DNA of 64,000 nt, from positions 27,681 to 91,680 of the forward strand of contig JBJTBP010000025.1 of assembly GCA_046091385.1 (NCBI GenBank), read 5' to 3'. This stretch comes from Solirubrobacterales bacterium (lineage in GTDB: Bacteria > Actinomycetota > Thermoleophilia > Solirubrobacterales > 70-9). Each line of letters opens with the position of its first letter. The stretch's first letter is position 1. A program made the translations under genes and the position numbers. Below, piece by piece: positions 39,007 through 46,847 of the stretch. Below the pieces are notes generated by a model, which searched no databases, was not told where the DNA came from, and was given only the letters and a program-made list of their open reading frames with translations.

Positions 39007-40200
39007 TCATCCGACCCACGGTCCCCTCTGACCGGCATGCGACCTGATGTGGATGCTCTGCAGTACCCCGACCATCAACAGGGTCGAGATGACCGCAGAT
39101 CCTCCGTAACTCATCAGCGGAAGGGGGATGCCGGTGATCGGCATGATCCCGAGGTTCATCCCCACGCTTACGAAGACCTGGAAGAGGATCGCGCATGCTA
39201 TTCCGGCAGCGACGAGCTTTCCGTAGGAATCCTTCGAGAGTGACATCAGACGCAGTGCCCGCCAAAGGAGCAGGGCAAACAGGGCCAGGACCAGAACGGC
39301 CCCGGCGAAGCCGTACCGCTCGGCGACGACCGAAAAAACGAAGTCGGTGTGCCGCTCGGGTACGAATCCGAGATTGGATTGAGTGGCCTGGTCGCCGCGG
39401 CCGGTCAAACCCCCGGCACCTGCGGCCACCTTGGCCTGGTTCTGCTGGTAGCCCGCACCCCTCGGATCGGAGGCGGGCGAGACGAATGAAGTGAGTCTTT
39501 CCTGCTGGTACTCCTTGAGCAGCGGAACGCCCGCTGCCGGCATCAGTATCAGTACGGATGCGACCAGGGCAACCGCGGAAGCACCGATGGCCCCGAGATG
39601 GGACCAGCGGACTCCGGCCGCCAGCATGATCGCAATCGTGATCGCGGCGTAGACCAGCGACGTTCCGAGGTCCTGCAACAGGACGAGGGCCGTCGGGACC
39701 ATGCCGATCGCCAGGTATCGCAGCGTCCGCTTCGTTTCCGATCCGGCCCTGGTGCCGTCGAGGACGAACCCCGCCAGCGCCAGGATGAGCAGGAGCTTGC
39801 CCGGCTCGGCCGGCTGGAACGAGAACAGGGGAAGTTCGATCGCCTGGGTCGAACCCCGTGCTGCGAAGCCGAAGACGAATGTCGCAATGATCGATATGCA
39901 AAGGAGTGCGTACAGCCCCGTCCTCAAGTCGCGGAATCGCGAATAATCGAAACGGGCCAGTAGGACCATTCCCACAATACCGATCACTGCGTAGATGGCC
40001 TGACGCTGCGGAAGCAGGTCGGGAGCGCCCGCAATCGGTTTTTCGCTTGCCGCACCGAGGGTGAGGACCGAGGCCAGCACCAGCCCGATCGCCGCGAACA
40101 TCATCCAGCCGTCGAGCCCGCGGAGCCCGAGCCGATCGACCAGCCCGCCCCCGAGGGGCTCCTCGAGCCGGTCCCTTCCTGTCAGACGGGAGGACTCCAT
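39007..40200 (-). CDS. rodA: SEDS-family peptidoglycan polymerase RodA (FtsW/RodA/SpoVE family)
   Basis: 397 aa, about 10 TM segments, with GYQQNQAKVAAGAGGLTGRG and HTDFVFSVVAE motifs. It lies directly downstream of the PBP2 gene. Confidence 0.88.
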   Translation of the reverse strand: MESSRLTGRDRLEEPLGGGLVDRLGLRGLDGWMMFAAIGLVLASVLTLGAASEKPIAGAPDLLPQRQAIYAVIGIVGMVLLARFDYSRFRDLRTGLYALLCISIIATFVFGFAARGSTQAIELPLFSFQPAEPGKLLLILALAGFVLDGTRAGSETKRTLRYLAIGMVPTALVLLQDLGTSLVYAAITIAIMLAAGVRWSHLGAIGASAVALVASVLILMPAAGVPLLKEYQQERLTSFVSPASDPRGAGYQQNQAKVAAGAGGLTGRGDQATQSNLGFVPERHTDFVFSVVAERYGFAGAVLVLALFALLLWRALRLMSLSKDSYGKLVAAGIACAILFQVFVSVGMNLGIMPITGIPLPLMSYGGSAVISTLLMVGVLQSIHIRSHAGQRGPWVG

Positions 40201-42081
40201 CTACTCGACGTTTGCCCCTCCTCCGCCCACCGGTGCTGCGGTCTTGTCGAAATAGCTGGAGAGCATCGCCAGGGCGACGGGGGCGGCCGTGTCCACGCCG
40301 AAACCGCCCTGCTCGACGGTGACCGCGACCGCGATCTCGGGATCCTCGTAGGGCGCGAGCACCGCGTACCACGACTGGTCCCCATAGGGCGGACGCTCGG
40401 CGGTCCCGGTCTTGCCCGCGACCTTGACCGGGAAGCCCCCGAATACCGGGTACGAGGTGCCCTCCGGCGCCTGCGCGGCGAGGTTGAGGCCATCCATGAT
40501 CGCCTGGCGATCGTCTGCCGCGATCGGGACCTTGCGGACGGGATCCGGTTCGCCTTCGGAGAGGACCCGGCCCGCGACGTCCTCGACCTGCTTGACCAGG
40601 CTCGGACGGAAGACCGTGCCCCCGTTTCCGAGGGTCGAATACCCGAGGGCGATCTGGAGCGGGTTGGCCTGGAGGTCACCCTGGCCGATCGAGAGCTGGA
40701 TGTTGTCGCCGACCGCCCATGGCCGGTCGGTATCACCGTTCTCGTAGAGCGCGTTTCGCCAGGCCGGGGTCGGCAGAAGGCCCTCGGACTCGCCGACCAG
40801 GTCGATCCCGGTCGGCTCTCCGATTCCGAACTGGCTGGACCACTCCTGAAGGGTGTCGGTCTGGTTCATCTCCTGGCCGAGTCGGTAGAAGTAGACGTCC
40901 GAGGAGACCTCGAGCGCCCGGGCCAGATCGACCGGGCCGTGGACCTGCTCACCGGCATTGGTGAAAGTCTGGCCGGCGACCGTGATCTTCCCCGCATCCT
41001 GGACGACCGTGGTCGGATCGATGATTCCGGCGTCGAGTGCCGCGACCGCGGTGAACGGCTTGTAGACCGACCCGACCGGGTAGGCACCGGCGATCGCCCG
41101 GTTGAACATCGGGGCCCCCTGGTCCTCGTCCCAGAGACGGTCCGCCTCCGCTTCGCTCAGGGGCCGGGTGAATATCGCCGGATCGACGGTCGGGTAGGAG
41201 CCGAGCGCGAGGGTCTCACCGGTGCGAACGTCCAGGGCGACGAACGCTCCGGGCAGGCCGATGCTGGCCAGTGCCGCCTCGCCCGCCGACTGGAGACCGA
41301 GGTCGATCGTAAGCCGGATCGAATCCCCGGCCACCGGATCGATCGAATCGAGGGTTCCCCGGATCCTGCCCAGCGAGTCGACCTCGAGCCGGGTCGTCCC
41401 CGGCTCTCCCCGGAGCTCCGAATCGTAGGTCTGCTCGATCCCGGCCTTGCCGATCGTGTCACCGGCCTCGAGCTCCCCGGACCTGTCCTGGTCGAGCTCC
41501 TCGGCGGTGACCTCCCCGACGCTGCCGAGCAGGTGCGCCGCCAGGGTTCCCTGGGGGTAGCTGCGAACGAAGACCCGGCTGATCACGACCTGGGGAAAGC
41601 GCTCCCGATTCTCCCTCAGGTAGAAGACGACCGAATCGTCGACGTCGTCGACCAGGGTGACGGGGGAGCCCGGCGGGTTGTCCTCGATCTCGGCCCGGTA
41701 TTTCCTGCGAATCCAGTCGGTCGATCGATCGATCACCGGGGCGAGCTTCAGGAAGAGGTCCCGCCTCTGCTGGGCGTCGATCGGGACCCTGGTCGGGTCC
41801 AGCTGTAGGGCGGTGCGGGCCCGGTTGCCGACCAGGATGCGACCGTTGCGATCGAGCACCTCGCCCCGGGGTGCCCGAATCCTGAACTCGAGGGTGCGGT
41901 TCGCCTTGGCCTCGGCGAGATACTCATCCCCCGTGACCACCTGCAGTGACCAGAGCCTGACCACCAGCACACCCAGCAGGATCGAAGCGAGGATGCCGAG
42001 GACCATCCCCCGGGTAAGGCCCTGACGTCCCGTCCGGCCGCTTGGGTTGATTCCCTGACTCTTGTCGAAAATGTCCTTCAT
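40201..42081 (-). CDS. mrdA: penicillin-binding protein 2 (class B transpeptidase)
   Basis: There is an N-terminal TM anchor. The transpeptidase motifs are SxxK (GSVYKPF), SxD/N (VSSDVYF) and KTG (GKTGTA). Confidence 0.88.
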   Translation of the reverse strand: MKDIFDKSQGINPSGRTGRQGLTRGMVLGILASILLGVLVVRLWSLQVVTGDEYLAEAKANRTLEFRIRAPRGEVLDRNGRILVGNRARTALQLDPTRVPIDAQQRRDLFLKLAPVIDRSTDWIRRKYRAEIEDNPPGSPVTLVDDVDDSVVFYLRENRERFPQVVISRVFVRSYPQGTLAAHLLGSVGEVTAEELDQDRSGELEAGDTIGKAGIEQTYDSELRGEPGTTRLEVDSLGRIRGTLDSIDPVAGDSIRLTIDLGLQSAGEAALASIGLPGAFVALDVRTGETLALGSYPTVDPAIFTRPLSEAEADRLWDEDQGAPMFNRAIAGAYPVGSVYKPFTAVAALDAGIIDPTTVVQDAGKITVAGQTFTNAGEQVHGPVDLARALEVSSDVYFYRLGQEMNQTDTLQEWSSQFGIGEPTGIDLVGESEGLLPTPAWRNALYENGDTDRPWAVGDNIQLSIGQGDLQANPLQIALGYSTLGNGGTVFRPSLVKQVEDVAGRVLSEGEPDPVRKVPIAADDRQAIMDGLNLAAQAPEGTSYPVFGGFPVKVAGKTGTAERPPYGDQSWYAVLAPYEDPEIAVAVTVEQGGFGVDTAAPVALAMLSSYFDKTAAPVGGGGANVE

Positions 42082-42659
42082 CGATCCCCGACGCCCTCCC
42101 AGGGAACGTTCCCGCGGGGGGTCGCATTCCTGCGCCTCCGCCGGCGCCGGTCGCGGTCATCCACCAGACCGGGTGCCAGGACCTTCCTGAACAGCAGGAA
42201 GATCGGAATCCCGAGCAGGAAACCATAGAGGGCCTGGACCACCAGCTCGGCCGGTGCCCCCCAGCTGAGCGGCCCCGACAGGCCGAGCGCAGCGGTCAGT
42301 AGCCCGATCACCAGGTTGGCGACGAGCGTTCCGAGGCCGCAGGCGACCCCGGCGGCGAGCCACTCCACCTCGGTTCCCCGCTCCCGGTAGATACCCGCCA
42401 GATAGCCGGCTGCCATCAGGGCGAGTGCGGTCGAACCGAGCGGTGAGTTGGTCAGCGCATCGGAAAGACGTCCGACCACGAAGCCGGCGACTCCGCCGGT
42501 CAGGCCCCCGCCCAGGAGCCCGAACACCACCACGGATGCCGGCAGGATCCAGATCACGGTCCCGGCCAGCTCGACCGGGGAGAGAAGGTAGGTCTGGAGC
42601 ACGAGTGCGAGCAGGAGCAGCAGGCCGGAACGGACCAGGATCGACGGGGTGAGGATCAT
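42078..42659 (-). CDS. mreD: rod shape-determining protein MreD
   Basis: 193 aa with about 5 TM helices and a short Arg-rich tail. It is translationally coupled between mreC and PBP2. The assignment rests on position plus topology. Confidence 0.65.
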   Translation of the reverse strand: MILTPSILVRSGLLLLLALVLQTYLLSPVELAGTVIWILPASVVVFGLLGGGLTGGVAGFVVGRLSDALTNSPLGSTALALMAAGYLAGIYRERGTEVEWLAAGVACGLGTLVANLVIGLLTAALGLSGPLSWGAPAELVVQALYGFLLGIPIFLLFRKVLAPGLVDDRDRRRRRRRNATPRGNVPWEGVGDR

Positions 42660-43504
42660 CCCCTGCTCCCCCCGGTCAGGACGGTCAGGTACTCGAGGGT
42701 GGCGAAGTCGGGATAGGGCTTGATGTCGACACTCTTGACCGCTTCGCGGGTATCGATCGGAACGGCCTTGACCTCCCCGATCGGAAGATTCGGGGGGTAG
42801 ATCGATGCGAGGTCATCCTCACGCCAACCGGCCGTGACCACACTCTCGCCATCCTCGAGGCCGCGGGTCTCGTCGATGAACTCGAGCACGAACTCTCCGG
42901 TCGTCCCGATCTTCGCGGTGACCACGCCCTGGGAACCCCCAGGGACGACTTTCGCACTCACCGCGCTGCTTCCATCGGGAAGCAGGGTGACGACAGCCTC
43001 TGAAGGGGCCACCGAGCTGACCTTGCCGACCAGGCCCTGGTCCGAGACCACCGGGTCGTCCACTTCGATGCCGTCGGAGGAGCCCCGGTCAATCCCGGCC
43101 GTCGTAATCCAGATAGTCGGTGATCGGGTGGTGATCCTTGCCGTCACCGGCTGGTAACCGGAGGGAATCCTGCCGCTCCGCTGGAGCCCCAGCAGCCGAC
43201 GGAACTGTCGGTTCTCCTGGACGGCGACCCGGCCGGCGACCACTTCCGCCTCGGCGTTGGCGAGCCTCGACCTGAGTCGCTCGTTCTCTCCCCTTGCGGC
43301 AAAGGTCTCGTCGAACCACCCGATCAGGTCCCGCGCCGGCTTGAAGGCGTCACTGATCACGTTGCCGATCGGACCGGTGACCGTCCCGACCGCCTGCCCG
43401 AACCCTCCCGATCCCCCGCCGAAGGTGACCGTGATCAGGATGAAGGCAAGGGCGACCAGGCCCAGAAGGACCGCTCGCCTGCGCCTTATCTGCTTCCTGT
43501 ACAC
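42656..43504 (-). CDS. mreC: rod shape-determining protein MreC
   Basis: It has a TM anchor, a coiled coil (ENERLRSRLANAEAEV...ENRQFRRLLGL) and a beta-rich domain with VVSDQGLVGKVSSV and YPPNLPIGEV. Confidence 0.85.
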   Translation of the reverse strand: MYRKQIRRRRAVLLGLVALAFILITVTFGGGSGGFGQAVGTVTGPIGNVISDAFKPARDLIGWFDETFAARGENERLRSRLANAEAEVVAGRVAVQENRQFRRLLGLQRSGRIPSGYQPVTARITTRSPTIWITTAGIDRGSSDGIEVDDPVVSDQGLVGKVSSVAPSEAVVTLLPDGSSAVSAKVVPGGSQGVVTAKIGTTGEFVLEFIDETRGLEDGESVVTAGWREDDLASIYPPNLPIGEVKAVPIDTREAVKSVDIKPYPDFATLEYLTVLTGGSRG

Positions 43505-43613
43505 GTCACCTTTCGCCCGGACTCACACCGGGCCGTCCCCCGAACGGTTGAAGCACGACTCTGCCACTGCCGGGGGCGGAAATCCGGGAGCGGGCGGTGG
43601 CGGGGCTCCGCAT

Positions 43614-44222
43614 TCACCCGGCGCCTTCCCCTTCAGGGACGTCGATTCCCGGCTGGATGCGAAGTTCAGGGGCCAAGTCGGCCAGAAGGGGCACCGGAAG
43701 CCCGATCACGTTCGAGAGGTCCCCCTCGATCGACTCGACGAGGGCAGATCCCGCCCCCTGGACCGCGTAACCGCCCGCACGTCCTTCCCACTCCCCGCTC
43801 GCGACGTAGGCATCCACTCCCTCCCGGGTCAGCTCCCGCAAGACGACAGCGGTCTCGGCGATGCCCGTCCGGACGTCCTCTGGGCCGGGACCGATGACCG
43901 CGAGACCACTCAGGACGAGGTGGGTCCGACCCGAGAGCTGAGCGACGTACTCATGTGCGCGGAAGGCATCCCCTGGCTTACCGAGCAGTCGACCGTCGAG
44001 GACGACTTCGGTATCGCAACCGATCGTCAGGCTGCCGGGCCCGGCGATCGAACGTGCCTTGAGCAGGGCATTGGCGAGTACGGCCTCCCTGGGCTCCCCA
44101 TGGACGATCTCCTCGACTTCCGGCACGGAGATGGCGAAGCGGACCCCGAGCCTCTTGAGCATCTCCCGCCTCTGGGGGGAGGCCGATGCGAGTACGACGG
44201 GTGGGGTTGCAGAGCCGCTCAT
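43614..44222 (-). CDS. maf: Maf-like nucleoside triphosphate pyrophosphatase
   Basis: Motifs are VVLASASPQRREMLKRLG, IGCDTEVVLDG, GGYAVQG and NVIGLP. Confidence 0.88.
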   Translation of the reverse strand: MSGSATPPVVLASASPQRREMLKRLGVRFAISVPEVEEIVHGEPREAVLANALLKARSIAGPGSLTIGCDTEVVLDGRLLGKPGDAFRAHEYVAQLSGRTHLVLSGLAVIGPGPEDVRTGIAETAVVLRELTREGVDAYVASGEWEGRAGGYAVQGAGSALVESIEGDLSNVIGLPVPLLADLAPELRIQPGIDVPEGEGAG

Positions 44223-44285
44223 CTTCGACCACTGACTCCGAGGGGGTGGACGTTCCGGCGGGGAGGCGGTGCTCCTGGGCCTCGC

Positions 44286-44693
44286 TCAGAGACCCTCGGG
44301 AAACCAGATCGCGATCTCCCGGGCCGCCGAGTCATCGGAATCGGATCCATGCACCATGTTGAAGGTCACTTCCAGGGCGAAGTCGCCCCGAATCGATCCC
44401 GGGGCCGCTTCGGTCGGGTCGGTTGCCCCAATCAACTGGCGAGCCGCCTTTACGGCCTCTGGGCCCTCCAGCACCGCAGCGACCAACGGACCACCCGTGA
44501 TGAAGCTGACCAGCTCGCCGAAGAACGGCTTCTCGACGTGCTCGGCGTAATGCTCGCGAGCGATCTCCTCGGTGGCAGTCATCTTCTTGAGCGCCGCAAT
44601 CCGCAGACCTTTTCGTTCGAAACGGGCCAGGACCTCTCCGGTGAGCGCCCTCTCGAACGCATCGGGCTTTACGAGGATCAATGTCTGGGTCAT
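44286..44693 (-). CDS. ndk: nucleoside diphosphate kinase
   Basis: The N-terminus is [28 protein letters not shown] and the active-site His context is NMVHGSDS. Confidence 0.95.
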   Translation of the reverse strand: MTQTLILVKPDAFERALTGEVLARFERKGLRIAALKKMTATEEIAREHYAEHVEKPFFGELVSFITGGPLVAAVLEGPEAVKAARQLIGATDPTEAAPGSIRGDFALEVTFNMVHGSDSDDSAAREIAIWFPEGL

Positions 44694-44735
44694 CTCGGGT
44701 TACTCCGTTCGGGTCGGCCGGAAGGGGGCTCGGGG

Positions 44736-45431
44736 CTATCTGTCGCCCTGGTCCTCGCCGGCATTGATCGGTTTCTCCCCCTCGCGCGTCGGCATCCCGG
44801 CTGCTCCCTGGGCACCCTCGTCGCCAGCTCCGCTGCGAACCCGGCCTCGAGCGGCCTTCGCTCGCGATCCCTTCGAAGGTGATCCGGCGGCGGCCTGACC
44901 GCTCTTGCTGCCCTTGGTTCGGCTTCTCCGCCCCTCCGGCTTTCGCTTCGGCTCGATCAGGGTCGTCTCGCAATATGGGCAGAGCTTCCAGCCGAGGCCG
45001 ACCGGCCGGTCACAGGAGGGACACGGTTCACGCAGCCGCGAGCGACAGCTCGGGCACCTGAGAAAGTCCGACTCGGCGGGGTAACCGCACTTTCTGCAGG
45101 AGCCGGCCCGCACCCGCCTGAGCTGTGCCTGGGTGGCCCGAACGTCCCACTCCCGCTCCTTGGCGTCGTCGAGGAACTCGGGTGGACGGAGGATCGTGTA
45201 GACAAGCGTGCCGACGAAGGGGAAGAAGGATGCTGCGGTCGAACAGCCGATCAGGAAGGGGTCGGAGATCCGTTTGCGGGCGTCGTTGTAGGTGAAGAAG
45301 ATCAGCGCGATCCAGACCGCAATCAGTCCGAATACGGCGAGGGTGAGGAACATCCCGAGGACCCCGTCGCCCAGACCGAATATCGCCTCGACCGGTGCGG
45401 GTGCCTGCAATGCGATTGCCGTCGATATCAA
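44736..45431 (-). CDS. membrane protein with two TM helices, double zinc-ribbon (4x CxxC) and Lys/Arg/Gly/Ser-rich tail
   Basis: The zinc-ribbon motifs are CRKCGYPAESDFLRCPSC and CPSCDRPVGLGWKLCPYC. I take the start at TTG 45431 because GGGAGG lies 8 nt upstream. The track ORF start at 45602 abuts folC and is Arg-rich. The function is unknown. Confidence 0.55.
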   Translation of the reverse strand: MISTAIALQAPAPVEAIFGLGDGVLGMFLTLAVFGLIAVWIALIFFTYNDARKRISDPFLIGCSTAASFFPFVGTLVYTILRPPEFLDDAKEREWDVRATQAQLRRVRAGSCRKCGYPAESDFLRCPSCRSRLREPCPSCDRPVGLGWKLCPYCETTLIEPKRKPEGRRSRTKGSKSGQAAAGSPSKGSRAKAARGRVRSGAGDEGAQGAAGMPTREGEKPINAGEDQGDR

Positions 45432-45602
45432 AGGAAGAGCCTCCCGAAGGCGTAGCCGATTCCGAAGAAAACGAGGATCACCACCGCTACGACGGCCGCA
45501 ACGAGGGCCATCATCGTCAAGAGCTGGGTTCCGGACAGACGATCCACCCGACAATCCTGCCACCGCGACCGGACCGGGAGGCCGGGCTACCGGATCCGGC
45601 AC

Positions 45603-46847
45603 TCAGGGCTGCAGCGGCGCAAGTGCAGCGACCAACCCGTGCGACCCACAGACCAGCACTGCGCCGCCGAACGAGCTCGCGGCCGACCTTGCGGCGTCGA
45701 GCGCCTCGACCGGTACGGGGTGGACCTCTACCTCGATCCCCAATTCCCGGCCCGCGTCTCCGACCCGCTCGGCGGGGAGTCCCTCGCGGGCCCTCGAGCC
45801 GACCAGGTGCGGGGCCTGGCATGGGAAGAGGACTGCGGTCCTGGCAACAAGTGGCTCGAGCAGTTGGACCGGGTCGCGATCGGAGAGGCAGCCGAAGACG
45901 ACCGCCAGCGGGCGATCCCCGATCACCTCTTCGAGGGCCTCTGCGACCGCCTCGATCCCGTCCCTGTTGTGGGCGACGTCGAATACGACGGGGGGATTCG
46001 ATCCGGTGATCTCGAGTCGTCCCCTGACTCCGGCCCGATCGAGTGCCAGGAGGCGGGTCGCTTCGTCGATCGGGCCGGTGAAGGGCTCGACCGCAGCCAG
46101 GGCAAGGGCGAAGTCGATCCGGGCATACCGACCCAGGGGGGTAGCCGGACCGGTTCCGGGGTCACCCACTTCGACCAGTTCACAGCCCCGTTCGGCAGCA
46201 GTCCGGGCCGCGAGCTCCCCCACCTCGGGCCCCAGCGGGCCGACCACCAGACGGGTGCCGGGCCTGAGGACGGCGAGCTTCTCCCCCGCTATCTCGAGCT
46301 CCGTTTCACCCAGCCACTCCGTATGGTCGAGGCCGATCGAGGTAAGCACGGTGACCTCGGACGGGATCACGTTGGTCGAGTCGAGTCGGCCGCCCATGCC
46401 GGCCTCAATCATGGCGGCTTCGACGCCTGCGTCCGCCAGGGCAACGAAGGCGGCCGCGGTCGCGACCTCGAACTGGGTGAGGCTTCCGTACTCGGGCAGC
46501 GCCGCCTCGACCTGATCGACCGCCGGGCGGACCCGTTCCAGGGCGGCTTCCCAGGCCGCCGCCCCGATTGGCTCCCCAGAGACCCGGGTCCGTTCGGTCC
46601 AATCGGTCAGGTGGGGCGAGGTATGGGAGCCGGCCAGCACGCCTGCGGCATCGAGCAGGGCCGCGCCGTAGAGAGTGGTCGATGTCTTCCCGTTGGTCCC
46701 GACCACGTGGACGGTCCGGTAGCGGTCCTGGGGCGAGCCGAGCGCCTCCATCAGCGGTCCCATCCGCTCGAGTCCGGGACGCCACCCGACCTCGGCCAGC
46801 GAGTCGAACCACTCCCCCGTCGACCTCTCGGGAGTGGCTTCGGTCAA
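45603..46847 (-). CDS. folC: bifunctional folylpolyglutamate synthase / dihydrofolate synthase
   Basis: The Mur-ligase P-loop is HVVGTNGKTSTT. 414 aa, with a 4-nt overlap with valS. Confidence 0.9.
   Translation of the reverse strand: MTEATPERSTGEWFDSLAEVGWRPGLERMGPLMEALGSPQDRYRTVHVVGTNGKTSTTLYGAALLDAAGVLAGSHTSPHLTDWTERTRVSGEPIGAAAWEAALERVRPAVDQVEAALPEYGSLTQFEVATAAAFVALADAGVEAAMIEAGMGGRLDSTNVIPSEVTVLTSIGLDHTEWLGETELEIAGEKLAVLRPGTRLVVGPLGPEVGELAARTAAERGCELVEVGDPGTGPATPLGRYARIDFALALAAVEPFTGPIDEATRLLALDRAGVRGRLEITGSNPPVVFDVAHNRDGIEAVAEALEEVIGDRPLAVVFGCLSDRDPVQLLEPLVARTAVLFPCQAPHLVGSRAREGLPAERVGDAGRELGIEVEVHPVPVEALDAARSAASSFGGAVLVCGSHGLVAALAPLQP

Noticed and set aside
38984-40372. 462-aa Arg-rich minus-strand ORF overlapping rodA in another frame (similar cases: 60517..62064, 51376..52167, 52473..53366, 46405..47193)
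   Set aside because: These are alternative frames of genes with clear membrane-protein or enzyme products. Their extreme Arg/Gly/Pro content is what off-frame reading of GC-rich coding DNA gives.
43505-43613. Possible degraded mreB remnant in the maf-mreC gap
   Set aside because: 109 nt is far too short. None of the six frames shows any actin-fold motif, such as the phosphate-binding DxGT/GGG loops.
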